This document shows positions 37,900 through 48,395 of a stretch of DNA of 64,000 bases, one piece after another (the first letter of the stretch is position 1; every line of letters starts with the position of its first letter). The stretch comes from Patescibacteria group bacterium (lineage in GTDB: Bacteria; Patescibacteriota; Microgenomatia; CAYGWK01): NCBI GenBank assembly GCA_049322615.1, contig JBMORX010000009.1:130321-194320 (forward strand), written 5' to 3'. The notes beneath the pieces are model-generated. The model was not told where the DNA came from. It saw only the letters and a list, made by a program, of their open reading frames with translations, and ran no database searches. A program made the position numbers and the translations under genes.

Positions 37900-38967
37900 T
37901 TACTTTATTTCAATCGTCCCCTCCGGCTTTCTCAAGCGGGCAATGCTTTCAACAATTCCCAAACTTATCATTGTTGCCAAAATTGAGGACCCGCCATAAG
38001 AGACAAGAGGCAAAGTTATCCCCGTTATTGGCAGCATCCCCATGTTCATACCAATATTGACGAAAATTTGAAAAGACAAAAGAGAAAAAATACCAAATAG
38101 GATGAGGGTTCCAAAACTTGAAGATGAGCTTTGAGCAATCTTTAAGATCCGGCAAAGTATTAAAAAATAGCAAAAAACAAGGATAACTGCCCCTAAAAAA
38201 CCAAGTTCTTCTGATAAAGAGGCAAAGATAAAATCCGTGTGGCGCTCTGGTAAAAAGGCAAGATGACTTTGGGTTCCTCTTCCCAATCCCCGACCAAAAA
38301 GCTCCCCCGAGCCAACAGTAATAACCGACTGGATGAGGTGGTAGCCTGAACCTAAAGGATCAAGGTAGGGATTTAAGAAACTTAGAATCCGCGCTTTTTG
38401 ATAACTTTTCAATAAAAACCAACCAATAGGAGAAAAAACACCCAAAACTAAAAGTCCTGCAACAACATAAAGACCAGAAATGTTACTTGCAAGTAAAATC
38501 CCCAAAAAAGAGGCTAAAATGACCAGAGTACTCCCCAGATCCGGTTGTTTAAAAATAAAAATTAAAGGCAAGGATAAAAGAAGAAAGGAGGTGATAAGTC
38601 TAAAGACTGATAGTTTTTCTTCTTTGGCAAAAAAATAGGCAAAAAAGCAAACCAAAAAAGGCTTAACTATCTCTGATGGCTGGATAGTAAAATTTCCAAC
38701 TTGTATCCAACGAATTGAACCGCGGGTCACCTCACCAAACAAAAAGGTTAAGATTAAAAAGACAAAAGTTGCCCCATATAAAAGCCAGGACAAATTTTCA
38801 AAAACCCTAAAATCTATCTTGGCAAAAAGGAAAAAGAAGAAAAATCCAATTATAAGAAAAATGAGTTGTTGGACAAAGAGAGATGGCACCAAACTCCAAG
38901 TCATCGCCAGTCCCAAGATGGCAATAATTATAATTGCCAGAAGAATTGGAAAATCAAAGCCTCTCAA
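37900..38967 (-). CDS. rodA: Rod shape-determining SEDS protein RodA
   Basis: RWI, QPSE..K, QPDLGS, LPE.HTDFIF, TGITLPLVSYGGSS. Confidence 0.9.
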   Translation of the reverse strand: MRGFDFPILLAIIIIAILGLAMTWSLVPSLFVQQLIFLIIGFFFFFLFAKIDFRVFENLSWLLYGATFVFLILTFLFGEVTRGSIRWIQVGNFTIQPSEIVKPFLVCFFAYFFAKEEKLSVFRLITSFLLLSLPLIFIFKQPDLGSTLVILASFLGILLASNISGLYVVAGLLVLGVFSPIGWFLLKSYQKARILSFLNPYLDPLGSGYHLIQSVITVGSGELFGRGLGRGTQSHLAFLPERHTDFIFASLSEELGFLGAVILVFCYFLILCRILKIAQSSSSSFGTLILFGIFSLLSFQIFVNIGMNMGMLPITGITLPLVSYGGSSILATMISLGIVESIARLRKPEGTIEIK

Positions 38968-41836
38968 TTTCTAATCTTTCACCTTTCTTTATACTTTTGG
39001 CGAGCGTTTCGCTTTTAATATAGTCTTCAAATTCAGCTGGCCAGGAAGGAGCAGTCACCTCCACTTTTTCATCCAAAGCACAATTTTCTTTTTTACGTAA
39101 CTCCTGAATCTGGCGCACCAATTCTCTCGCTTCTCCCTCTGATCTAAGTTCTGAGGTGATGGTAGTATCTAGCTCTATCCCTAGTTCACCTTTTCCTTTA
39201 ACCCATTCTATTTCTTTAACATTTAACTCATCCATTATCAACTGTTCAAGTTCCCTTTTTTCATTTTTATTTGTAGTTTTTAATTTTTCATTTTTAATTT
39301 TTAATTTCTTTAGCGGCTGTCTCACTTTTACCTTCGCCGATTTCCTTGCCGCATGACCCAATTCACAAATCTTCCGAACCTGCGCCATATGTTTTATAAG
39401 CTGGGCTTGCCCTTCCGAAGCTTTAGCGAAGGAGGGCCAGTTTTCCAAATGAACACTTCCTGTTTTTAAGTTTTGATAAATTTCTTCAGCTAAAAATGGT
39501 GTAAATGGAGCAAGAAGTTTTGAGAGAGTCACCAGAGCCTCATATAAAGTAGCGTAACAGGCGTTTTTGTCTTCACCATCTTCAACCGCGGGTCCAACAC
39601 GGTCTCTGGAGCGCCGAACATACCAGGTCGATAAATCGTTAACAAAGTCTTCAATCGCGTGAGAGGCGGTAAAAGCATCGTAATTCTCAAGCGAATCAGT
39701 TACCACCTGAATTAACTCATTTAATCTCGACAAAATCCACCTATCCAAAACATTTTCAGATTTTTCATTGTCGTTTTTAATTTTTAATTTTTCATTTTTA
39801 ATTTTATCAATATTGGCATACGTCATAAAAAAGTTATAAATATTCCAAAGCATCAGATGAAAACGGCGCCTCGTTTCATCAGCCACATGGTAACCAAAAT
39901 TAAGATTTATTTCCGGATTTTGGGTGACATACATCCAGCGCATCACGTCAACCCCAATTTTGCCTGCTCCCTCGTTAAATTCAATGGCATTCCCCAAGGA
40001 TTTATGCATCGGTCGGCCATCTTCCGCCAAAAGAGTGGCAAAACCCAAAACCGTTTTAAAAGGAGGTTTGTCTTCCAAAATTGTTGCCATCGCCAAAAGT
40101 GAATAAAACCAATTTTTAAATTGCCCAGGAAATGATTCGGTAATAAAATCAGCCGGAAACCAATCTTTGGGCATGGTTGAAAAAGAAACAATCCCGGCGT
40201 CAAGCCAAGGATTACCCACATCTGGAATTCGCGAAATAGTTTCCCCGCAAGAACATTTAATCTTTACCTCATCAATCCAAGGACGATGGGGAGAATGTTC
40301 CGCAAATCCCTCATATCCTTCAACTGCCCGCTGCTTTAATTCCTCTTTCCCTCCTAAAATAGTAAATTTTCCACATTTTTGACATTCCCAAATCGGCAAA
40401 GCCAAACCCCAATATCTTTTTTTGGAAATCAGCCAGTCTTGCATATTGGAAAGCCAATCAAGTTCCCGCTCAAGTCCCCATTTTGGAAGCCAGCAAATTT
40501 TTTTCGCCACCTCAATCATTCGGTTCCGATAATTCTTGGCTCCCGGATGAACTTTTGCATCCATAGCAATATACCACTCATCAACTACCCGCCAGACGAG
40601 TTCGGTTTTGCAGCGCCAACAAACAGGATAACGATGAGTATAGTCTTCTAGTTTAAAGAAGAATTTGCCTTCTTCTTTGTTTTTAAGTTTTTCAAAAATT
40701 AAATCAGGTTTTTCTTTGGCATTTGCCCGCGATAAGTCATCTAAACCATCGAGGTAGGCTCCCTCCTCGTCAATTAAAGCAACTACCGGTAAGTTTTCTC
40801 TTTTGCCAATTTGAAAATCCTCTTGCCCGGCGCCGGGAGCGAGATGAACAATTCCCGTCCCTTCAGCGGCGGTGACCAGGTCTTTATCCAAGACTACGGT
40901 ATGGAAAGTTTTGGGGTTTTCTTTCCTGGCAACTTCAACCACTGGTAAATCATCAAATGGACCAAGGTATTGAAAACCAGAAAGTTTTGTTCCGGGAAAT
41001 TCTCCAACCTTCTCCCACTCTTTGTCTTTTAAGATTTTTCCCGCCAAATCCTTCAAAAAAATCAGAATTTCTCCGGTTTTTTTGTTTTTAAATTTGGCAT
41101 AAAGAAAATCTGGATTAACGGTCAAAGCCACATTTCCAGGAATTGTCCAGGGGGTAGTTGTCCAAACTAGAAGAAATTCATTCTTCCTATTTTGAATAGG
41201 ATACTTTACAAAAACTGATTTGTGAGTAATTTCTTGATATTCTTCAGTTAAAATCTCATGTTGAGAAATGGCTGTCCCACAACGAGGACACCAGGGAACC
41301 GAATCTTTTCCTTTATAAAGATTTCCATCAGTCCAGCATTTTTTCAAGAAATACCAAATCATATAGTTATTCTCATCAGAGAGGGTGTAATAAGAATTGT
41401 CCCAATCCATAAAATAACCAAGTCTTTTTGATTGTTCAGTTTGGACTTTGGCAAAATAAAGAGTTCTTTCTTTACATTTATTGACAAATTTTTCAATTCC
41501 GTATTTTTCGATATCTTTTTTAGACTTAAAACCTAATTCTTTCTCAACCTCAACCTCGACCCAAAGCCCTTGATTATCGAAACCGTTCTGAAATCTTTGT
41601 CTGAAGCCTCGCATGTTAAAAAATCGCTGCCATAAATCCTTGTAGGTTCTTCCCCAGGCATGATGAACCCCCATCGGGTTATTAGCCGTAATCGGACCAT
41701 CAAGAAAAGAAAAGTTCTTCTTTGAAGAATCGTTTTTGTGAAGATATTTCTTAACAATCTCTGCTTTATACCACCATTCCAAAATCCGTCGCTCCATTTC
41801 CGGAAAATCTTCTTTTGGATTTACGGTTTTAAACAT
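38954..41836 (-). CDS. ileS: Isoleucine--tRNA ligase (IleRS2-like, non-canonical signature motifs)
   Basis: LDGP.TAN, WTTTPWT, GTGIVH.AP, DW.IS..RYWG, LS.WYVRRSR; signature motifs read GVHH and PMHKS. Confidence 0.95.
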   Translation of the reverse strand: MFKTVNPKEDFPEMERRILEWWYKAEIVKKYLHKNDSSKKNFSFLDGPITANNPMGVHHAWGRTYKDLWQRFFNMRGFRQRFQNGFDNQGLWVEVEVEKELGFKSKKDIEKYGIEKFVNKCKERTLYFAKVQTEQSKRLGYFMDWDNSYYTLSDENNYMIWYFLKKCWTDGNLYKGKDSVPWCPRCGTAISQHEILTEEYQEITHKSVFVKYPIQNRKNEFLLVWTTTPWTIPGNVALTVNPDFLYAKFKNKKTGEILIFLKDLAGKILKDKEWEKVGEFPGTKLSGFQYLGPFDDLPVVEVARKENPKTFHTVVLDKDLVTAAEGTGIVHLAPGAGQEDFQIGKRENLPVVALIDEEGAYLDGLDDLSRANAKEKPDLIFEKLKNKEEGKFFFKLEDYTHRYPVCWRCKTELVWRVVDEWYIAMDAKVHPGAKNYRNRMIEVAKKICWLPKWGLERELDWLSNMQDWLISKKRYWGLALPIWECQKCGKFTILGGKEELKQRAVEGYEGFAEHSPHRPWIDEVKIKCSCGETISRIPDVGNPWLDAGIVSFSTMPKDWFPADFITESFPGQFKNWFYSLLAMATILEDKPPFKTVLGFATLLAEDGRPMHKSLGNAIEFNEGAGKIGVDVMRWMYVTQNPEINLNFGYHVADETRRRFHLMLWNIYNFFMTYANIDKIKNEKLKIKNDNEKSENVLDRWILSRLNELIQVVTDSLENYDAFTASHAIEDFVNDLSTWYVRRSRDRVGPAVEDGEDKNACYATLYEALVTLSKLLAPFTPFLAEEIYQNLKTGSVHLENWPSFAKASEGQAQLIKHMAQVRKICELGHAARKSAKVKVRQPLKKLKIKNEKLKTTNKNEKRELEQLIMDELNVKEIEWVKGKGELGIELDTTITSELRSEGEARELVRQIQELRKKENCALDEKVEVTAPSWPAEFEDYIKSETLAKSIKKGERLEIERL

Positions 41837-41845
41837 ATTCGGCTC

Positions 41846-41908
41846 TCACCTCGGACGGTGGCAGACTGACCCCGCTTAGCGGGGGAAGCCATGACTCCTC
41901 CGAGGTGA
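41846..41908. repeat. REPIN-like nested palindrome upstream of ileS
   Basis: TCACCTCGGA...TCCGAGGTGA enclosing CCCCGCTTAGCGGGG. Confidence 0.6.
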
Positions 41909-42018
41909 ATGTTCTTGTTCTATTCTACTAAAAATCGCCCTCTTTTAAAAGGACGACTCATTAAGCCGATGTTTCTCAACAATCGGCTACTATTTAATAA
42001 TAATCTGAATTTCGGTCT

Positions 42019-42285
42019 CTAGGACCTTGGGAACTTTAAGGTCAGGCGCCTGGTAAGTCCTGAAGGCTTGATTCCTAATCCCTCCGCTAGCTTCTCCAGA
42101 ACCTCCGCCGCCTCGGCAGAAGGCACCAGGCCTCTCTCCAAGAAAAGCAGGAAGTGGGGACTTAACTCGGTGCTCTGTGCCAAAGTTTCAAGACTGATCT
42201 CGCGCTGCCGCCGGACGTTCCTCACGTATCGTCCAAAGCGCAACAGCCGCTTCACTTCCTCTCGACTGGCCCCCCTTCGTCCCAT
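42019..42285 (-). CDS. XRE-family helix-turn-helix protein
   Basis: FG..VR..R....ISLE.LA....LS..FL..LERG..P.....KLA..L. Confidence 0.75.
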   Translation of the reverse strand: MGRRGASREEVKRLLRFGRYVRNVRRQREISLETLAQSTELSPHFLLFLERGLVPSAEAAEVLEKLAEGLGIKPSGLTRRLTLKFPRS

Positions 42286-42442
42286 TTTCTACCTATTTGG
42301 GCGATTCGTCGTGCCCCTTCTTCAACGAGCTCAGGGGTAGGGCCTTCCCCTGGAGAGACCACCTCGGTGTCCTCTTTTCTTGCCATATTTATATATTCAT
42401 AGTTTACCACAAGATAAATTATATGCAAGAGCCCTATTCGAT

Positions 42443-43181
42443 TACACCCCAGGGGTGTTTTGCTATTTACACCTGCGGATTATTGTGATTTAATTAAATT
42501 GTGCCAGTAAGAAACATCCCTTTTGTAAACGGCGAATATTACCATGTCTTGAATCGGGGCGTTGCTCAAATACCAATCTTCGGCGGTGCCACATATTTCC
42601 ATCGATTTCTGAAATCGATGCTTTATTACCGACTCGAGGGCCCTAAACCAAGATTTTCTCTTTTCGCACCAACCACGCGTCTTTTAAATCAAGAAAAAAG
42701 AATCGTAGATATAATCTGTTACTGCTTAATGCCAAATCATTTTCATTTTCTTCTCTGCCAAAGACGCCAGGGGGGAATAACCGAATTCATCAGCAAATTA
42801 AGCAATAGTTATACAAAGTATTTTAACATTAGAAACAGAAGAATTGGACCGCTTTTCCAAGGAGAATTTAAGGCTGTTCACATAGAATCCAATGAGCAAC
42901 TTATTCATCTTTCTCGGTATATTCATCTCAATCCTTTGGTTGGCTATTTAACTGATAAATTGGAAACGTATAAATGGTCTTCCTATTCTGAATTTATAAA
43001 CCAAGGCGGCAGCAATATCTGTTCAAAGGAGATTATTCTCAACCAATTTAAATCTCCAGGCAATTATATGACATTTGTTTTAGATCAGGAAGACTACGGC
43101 AAGCAATTGGAATTAATAAAACATCAACTTATAGATTTCGAACATCCGCAGGTGCAATCGTACTACACCCCTGGGGTGTAA
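42443..43181 (+). mobile_element. RAYT/Y1 transposase locus with inverted flanking REP pairs
   Basis: Left: TACACCCCAGGGGTGT then TACACCTGCGGAT. Right: ATCCGCAGGTGCA then TACACCCCTGGGGTGTA. Confidence 0.8.
42501..43181 (+). CDS. REP-associated tyrosine transposase (RAYT, IS200-like HUH)
   Basis: YYHV.NRG, YCLMPNHFH (HUH), G.LFQG.F, YIHLNP, Y.WSSY. Confidence 0.92.
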   Translation: MPVRNIPFVNGEYYHVLNRGVAQIPIFGGATYFHRFLKSMLYYRLEGPKPRFSLFAPTTRLLNQEKRIVDIICYCLMPNHFHFLLCQRRQGGITEFISKLSNSYTKYFNIRNRRIGPLFQGEFKAVHIESNEQLIHLSRYIHLNPLVGYLTDKLETYKWSSYSEFINQGGSNICSKEIILNQFKSPGNYMTFVLDQEDYGKQLELIKHQLIDFEHPQVQSYYTPGV

Positions 43182-43188
43182 ACCTAGA

Positions 43189-44334
43189 TTATCTTCCCTG
43201 TCTTAAGAAAGCGGGGATTTCGAATTGTTCACCTAATTCTTCGGGAGGAATTTCTGCCTCCGGTGGGGACAGTTCCTCGGGAGGTTTCTCCTTTTTCTCT
43301 TCTTCGACAGGTGGCGGTACTTCCTCTTTAGGAGGCGGGGTTATTGTTGGCGCCATAAACCGCGCCAGGCGAGCCCGAGCTTCATCAAAACCAGTAGCAA
43401 TAACCGTAATTTTAATTTGGTCGATTAATTTTTCATCAATAGTCGCCCCAAAAATAATATTGGCATCAGCATCGGCTTTCTCGGAAATTATCTTGGCCGC
43501 CTCATCAACCTCGTTCATCGTCAAATCCGGACCGCCGGTAATAGTGAAAAGAATCCCCTTGGCTCCGTCAATTGAAATTTCAAGCAAAGGTGAGGAGATC
43601 GCCCCTCTTGCCGCTGCCTGGGCTCGGTTTTCGCCAACCCCAGTCCCAATTCCCATAAAAGCACTCCCGGCATTTTTCATAATGGTTTTAATATCGGCAA
43701 AATCTCGATTAATCAGTCCCGGGAGGGTAATAATATCAGAAATCCCCTGAACTCCTTGGCCCAAAACGCTATCAGCCACCCGAAAAGCCTCAAGAAGAGT
43801 CATCTTTTTATCAATTGAGTCAAGGAGTTTTTGATTTGGGATAACAATTAAAGCATCAACTTTACCCTCGAGGTTTTCAATCCCCTCCTCGGCAATAACC
43901 ATTCTTCGCGTTCCTTCAAAAGCAAAAGGCTTGGTTACCACTGCCACCGTTAAGGCATTTTGCTCCCGGGCAATCTCAGCGATAATCGGGGCTCCACCAG
44001 TACAAGTTCCTCCTCCCATCCCTCCGGTCAAAAATATCATATCAGTATCAACTAAAAGTTGGGCGATTTTTTCCCGAGATTCCTCAGCCGCCTGGCGACC
44101 TAAATCTGGATCACCACCCACCCCCAAACCCCGAGTTAAATTTTCTCCAATTTGAAGTTTTGTCGGAGCAAGAGTCGAAAGTAAAGCTTGGGCATCGGTA
44201 TTGACGGCAATAAAATCCACCCCCTGGATTTGATTTTCGGAAATCATGGTGTTTAGGGCATTCCCGCCACCGCCACCAATTCCCAAAACTTTTATTTTGG
44301 CAAATCTTCCAACGTCTGGTTTAACGAGTGCCAT
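43189..44334 (-). CDS. ftsZ: Cell division protein FtsZ
   Basis: [16 protein letters not shown] tubulin motif, LINRDFAD, C-terminal EIPAFLR. Confidence 0.98.
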   Translation of the reverse strand: MALVKPDVGRFAKIKVLGIGGGGGNALNTMISENQIQGVDFIAVNTDAQALLSTLAPTKLQIGENLTRGLGVGGDPDLGRQAAEESREKIAQLLVDTDMIFLTGGMGGGTCTGGAPIIAEIAREQNALTVAVVTKPFAFEGTRRMVIAEEGIENLEGKVDALIVIPNQKLLDSIDKKMTLLEAFRVADSVLGQGVQGISDIITLPGLINRDFADIKTIMKNAGSAFMGIGTGVGENRAQAAARGAISSPLLEISIDGAKGILFTITGGPDLTMNEVDEAAKIISEKADADANIIFGATIDEKLIDQIKITVIATGFDEARARLARFMAPTITPPPKEEVPPPVEEEKKEKPPEELSPPEAEIPPEELGEQFEIPAFLRQGR

Positions 44335-44388
44335 ACAATTTTCTTGGAGCAGGTCAAGAAGTGAGAAAATTATATCACAAAAAAATAT

Positions 44389-45690
44389 CTAGGGCAAAAA
44401 GGATTTAATAAAATCTAAAGTCCTTCGGTACAGTCCGCCCATGGGAATTTTTTTAGCGATTTTTGAGATTCCTCCTAGGGAAATTCTTCCTGCTTCTATC
44501 TCTTGGGTTTTAGCACCATAAAGAATAAGTCCTAAAGAGGAAGCAAAAGCTGGAGTTAAAACATCGTCAACCAGCCCAGAAACCCCGGTAGGAATCCCCA
44601 CCCTTACTGGCATAGAGAGCGTCCTTTTGGCTGATTCAGTCACCCCGACGGTTTGAGCTCCACCTCCAGTCAAAACTACCCCCGAAGGAGTCATTCCTCC
44701 AAATCCAGACTTTTTCACCTCGAGTCCAACCATGGTAAAAATCTCATTTAATCTTGGCTTTATTATTCCCTCAACTAAAGTCTTTCGAGAAACAGTTTTC
44801 GTCTCTTCATAAATCCCCAAAGCAGAAAGATCAATTTCATCTAGAGGCTGGTTTTCTTCCTTTTCCACTTCTTCACCTTGGGGACGAACAATTTCTTTTG
44901 GTTTTTCTGAAAGAGAAAGTTTTAATTTTTCGGCTGTTTCCAAAGAAAGCCTAAGCCCAATGGCTAAATCGTTGGTCACATTTTTTGCCCCAATTGGTAA
45001 AACAGAGGTGTAGGCAGGGGCTCCCTCAACAAAAATAACAATCTCGGTTGTCCCTCCCCCAATATCAACCAAAATGACTCCGAGTTCTTTTTCGGTTTCG
45101 GTCAAGACAGATTCTGAGGCAGCCACCCCGCCAAAAACCATTCCCTCAATATCTGCCCCAACTTCAGAAACACATTTGGCTAAATTTCTCATCGCTGTTG
45201 AAGACCCAGTAATAATATGAGTTTCCACCTCTAAACGAACTCCGGTCATACCAACTGGGTCCTTAACCCCATCCTGGGAATCAACGGTGAAAAACCGAGG
45301 AAGACAATGAAGAATCTCCCGAGAAGAAGGAAGGGAAATCGCTCTGGCTGCCTCAATTACTCGTTTGACATCCTCTGGGGTAATCTCTCCTTCCGGTTCA
45401 GCCACGGCCACTACCCCTTTTGAATTTTGAGAGGCAATATGGGCACCGCCAACGGAAACGAAGGTTTTTGAAAGAGAATATCCTGCCATTCTTTCCGCCG
45501 CCTCAACTGAAGAGATAATCCCACTGGTGGCTTCCTCGATGTTAACAATTTGTCCTTTGCGCACTCCAATTGAAGGAACATAAGCTGCCCCGATAATGTT
45601 TACTTTTTCTTCCTCAGGGTTAATTTGAGCAATGATGGTGGCAAATTTCGAACTGCCAACATCAATTCCGGCTAAAATCCGAGATGCCAT
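44389..45690 (-). CDS. ftsA: Cell division protein FtsA
   Basis: GIDVGSSK, P.GM.G.RLE, DIGGGTT, VLTGGG. Confidence 0.97.
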   Translation of the reverse strand: MASRILAGIDVGSSKFATIIAQINPEEEKVNIIGAAYVPSIGVRKGQIVNIEEATSGIISSVEAAERMAGYSLSKTFVSVGGAHIASQNSKGVVAVAEPEGEITPEDVKRVIEAARAISLPSSREILHCLPRFFTVDSQDGVKDPVGMTGVRLEVETHIITGSSTAMRNLAKCVSEVGADIEGMVFGGVAASESVLTETEKELGVILVDIGGGTTEIVIFVEGAPAYTSVLPIGAKNVTNDLAIGLRLSLETAEKLKLSLSEKPKEIVRPQGEEVEKEENQPLDEIDLSALGIYEETKTVSRKTLVEGIIKPRLNEIFTMVGLEVKKSGFGGMTPSGVVLTGGGAQTVGVTESAKRTLSMPVRVGIPTGVSGLVDDVLTPAFASSLGLILYGAKTQEIEAGRISLGGISKIAKKIPMGGLYRRTLDFIKSFLP

Positions 45691-45695
45691 ACCTT

Positions 45696-46154
45696 TTAAT
45701 ATATTAATACCGGTTTATCGAATCGCAAATCGATCTCAAGCGGTATTTTTCCCTCTATTTTAGACCTTCCAAGGATAAGTTGTAAAGAGGCAACCTGGCC
45801 GCTTAAATCCTTTTCTCTGGAGAAAAAAACTTTTAGATTACCCGAAAGCGTTGCTTCAAAGGATTTATCCAGAGATTTAATCATTTCAACTTTTACCCCT
45901 GACATCTCCAGGAGATTTTTCAATTTTTCTTCCTCGGTTGGGGGAGAAACAGGACTGGCTATTTTCTCTTTTTTTGGTAGTTGAAAGTCAAAACCTAAAT
46001 TTATTTTCCTAAGTTGGACAAAAATAAGCAAAGCTTGTTGCTTCGCAATAAGCAAAGCTTGTTGCTTCGCAATAAATCCCAACAATAAAAACAGAATCAA
46101 AACGATGGGGATGACTAATTTTCTATTAGGGTTTTTTGGGCTTTGAGAGATCAT
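45696..46154 (-). CDS. Truncated FtsQ/DivIB-like protein
   Basis: Lies between murG and ftsA; N-terminal TM helix; C-terminal IDLRF.KPV. Confidence 0.6.
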   Translation of the reverse strand: MISQSPKNPNRKLVIPIVLILFLLLGFIAKQQALLIAKQQALLIFVQLRKINLGFDFQLPKKEKIASPVSPPTEEEKLKNLLEMSGVKVEMIKSLDKSFEATLSGNLKVFFSREKDLSGQVASLQLILGRSKIEGKIPLEIDLRFDKPVLIY

Positions 46155-47223
46155 TTAATTCTTTGACTATTTTTAGGCTACTGTCTGGTTTAATAAGTTT
46201 TTTTGCTTCTGGGGCATTTCTCTGATACTTTTCAAGATTGGCCATCATTTCTGAAATCTTATTTAATAAACTTGGTCCAGTCAATTCTTTCTGAGGCAGG
46301 ATTTCGGCAATTCCCGCCTTAACCAACATTTGGGCATTTTTGGTTTGTTCATCTTGATAGCTCCAGGGAATAGGAATAAAAAGCGCTGGTTTTCCTAAGG
46401 CGGCAATCTCGCAGACGATATTTGCCCCAGCCCGAGAGACAATTAAATCAGCTTTGTTTAAAACCCAACCGATATCCTCTAGACCAACATACTTAGTCAG
46501 AATATAGTTTTCTCTTAAATCCAATTTTAAATTCTCATAATCCAACTCACCACACTGATGTATGATAGTATATTTTCCCAGGAGTTTTGGTAAAATCTCT
46601 AAAACTGCCCTATTGATTACTTTCGCGCCTTGGTTTCCACCGGTGATGTAGATAAGTGGGAAGGGCGAAGGGCGAAGTGGGAAGTGGGAAGGTTTCCTAA
46701 TCTTAAAAATCTCCTGGCGGATTGGGTTACCGGTTAAAATCACTTTTTCTTTTGGAAAAAATTTTAAACTTTCCGGAAAAGAGACGGCAATTTTTGAGGC
46801 AAAAAAGGAATTTATCTTTGAGGCTAGACCAAAAACGGTTGTTTGTTCATGGGTTAAAATAGGAATCCTCAAAAGCCAACCAGCTAAAACAACCGGAACA
46901 GAAACATAACCACCAAAAGAACAAATAACCAAAGGTCTTATCTTTAAAAGCCAGTAAAGGCTTTGAAAAAAACCCAGGGGAACTCGCAACAAGGAAGGTA
47001 TCGTAAAACGGGTAAATTTACGCTGCAGTCTCCCAGCCGCAATTGGAATAAATTTAATCCCAAGGAGAGGAATAATTTTAGACTCAGCCGAGGGAACTCT
47101 CTTCCCCTCCATTGCATATTTTCTGCCAAAATAGTAAATCTGCCATCGATCTTCTTTTTTTAACTCCTCAATTACCGCTTGGGCCGGCGTCAAATGTCCC
47201 CCGCAAATCACAATTCTTTTCAT
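46126..47223 (-). CDS. murG: UDP-GlcNAc:lipid I GlcNAc transferase
   Basis: GGH.TPA, FGGYVS.P, HEQ, TGNPIR, GGNQG, SRAGA, Q..NA. Confidence 0.95.
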   Translation of the reverse strand: MKRIVICGGHLTPAQAVIEELKKEDRWQIYYFGRKYAMEGKRVPSAESKIIPLLGIKFIPIAAGRLQRKFTRFTIPSLLRVPLGFFQSLYWLLKIRPLVICSFGGYVSVPVVLAGWLLRIPILTHEQTTVFGLASKINSFFASKIAVSFPESLKFFPKEKVILTGNPIRQEIFKIRKPSHFPLRPSPFPLIYITGGNQGAKVINRAVLEILPKLLGKYTIIHQCGELDYENLKLDLRENYILTKYVGLEDIGWVLNKADLIVSRAGANIVCEIAALGKPALFIPIPWSYQDEQTKNAQMLVKAGIAEILPQKELTGPSLLNKISEMMANLEKYQRNAPEAKKLIKPDSSLKIVKELNDLSKPKKP

Positions 47224-47259
47224 TTCTTTTTTATTATTTATTATACCAAATACATTCCT

Positions 47260-47298
47260 TTACACCCCGGGGGTGTAACTCTACCTACACCTGGGGTA
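47260..47298. repeat. REP doublet of the RAYT-associated family
   Basis: TTACACCCCGGGGGTGTAA and TACACCTGGGGTA between ftsW and murG. Confidence 0.75.
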
Positions 47299-47299
47299 T

Positions 47300-48394
47300 T
47301 TACTTCTTTTTTACCCTCTGTTTTGAGATATTAAGTAAAATTCCTATTCCTGAAAGAGCAACAACCAAAGATGAACCGCCGTAAGAAATAAAAGGTAAAG
47401 GGACGCCGGTTAAAGGGACTAAAGCCACCTGACTAGCTAGATTAACCAACGTCTGGACTCCAATCCAAGAAGTAATGCCTACGGCTAAAAGTTGACCAAA
47501 TCGATCTGGGGCTTCTTGGGAAATTTTTAAGCCCTTAAAAACTATCACCAAAAAAACAATAAGCAGAACTATTGCCCCAATAAACCCTAACTCCTCGGCA
47601 ATTATGGCAAAGATTGAGTCAGTCATTGCCTCGGGTAAATATTCGTATTTTTGCCTCGAAGCTCCCAAACCTAAACCCCAAAGTCCTCCTGCTCCCAAAG
47701 CTAAAAGAACTTGTCTGATGTGATAGCTTGCCCCTAAAGGATCACGACTAATATCTAAAAAGGTCAAAAATCGCTCTTTTCGATAATTTGAACTAAAAAT
47801 AAGAGAAAGCCCGGTTAAAATACCCAAAACCGCCATAAGGACAAGAGAGAAAAGAGGGGCGCCTGAGACAAAATAAAGAGAAAGACCAGAGGCAACCAAG
47901 ACGACGGTCGTACCTAAATCTGGCTCAAGCATTATCAAAATCGAAAGTATTCCTAGGGAAACTAAAAATGGGAGAAATTTTGGCTTTTTGGCAAAAAGGA
48001 AGGAAAGATATAAAACAAAGGTCAGTTTAGTTAGTTCTGCTGGCTGAAAGCTAAAACCAGCAAAAGTCAACCATCTTCTTGCTCCAAGAACCTTTACTCC
48101 CAAACCAGGAATAAGGACTAAAACTAAGGCAATAAAAGTCATAAACATAAGAATTGGCGCTAATTTTTCAAGTCTCCGATAGTCAAATTTTGAAGCGGCA
48201 AATAAAGCGCCCAACCCTAAAATCGCCCAAAAAATTTGTTGGCGAATATAAAAATACTTATCCCCAAAATCCCGAAAAGCCGTCACTACCGAGGCATCAT
48301 AAACCATCAAAATCCCAAAAAGAGTTAAACCGACGACAAGAAAGACTAGTAGCCGATCAATTTTTTGAGTTTGAGACTTAAGGGCAACCATCAC
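47300..48394 (-). CDS. ftsW: Cell division SEDS protein FtsW
   Basis: GARRW, QPAE..K, EPDLGT, S.QK..YLPEA.TD, TGVPLPFISYGGSS; upstream of murG. Confidence 0.95.
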   Translation of the reverse strand: MMVALKSQTQKIDRLLVFLVVGLTLFGILMVYDASVVTAFRDFGDKYFYIRQQIFWAILGLGALFAASKFDYRRLEKLAPILMFMTFIALVLVLIPGLGVKVLGARRWLTFAGFSFQPAELTKLTFVLYLSFLFAKKPKFLPFLVSLGILSILIMLEPDLGTTVVLVASGLSLYFVSGAPLFSLVLMAVLGILTGLSLIFSSNYRKERFLTFLDISRDPLGASYHIRQVLLALGAGGLWGLGLGASRQKYEYLPEAMTDSIFAIIAEELGFIGAIVLLIVFLVIVFKGLKISQEAPDRFGQLLAVGITSWIGVQTLVNLASQVALVPLTGVPLPFISYGGSSLVVALSGIGILLNISKQRVKKK

Positions 48395-48395
48395 T

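Noticed and set aside
41837-42018. T-box leader upstream of ileS
   Set aside because: No UGGNACC T-box or terminator seen; the region is a REP-like palindrome
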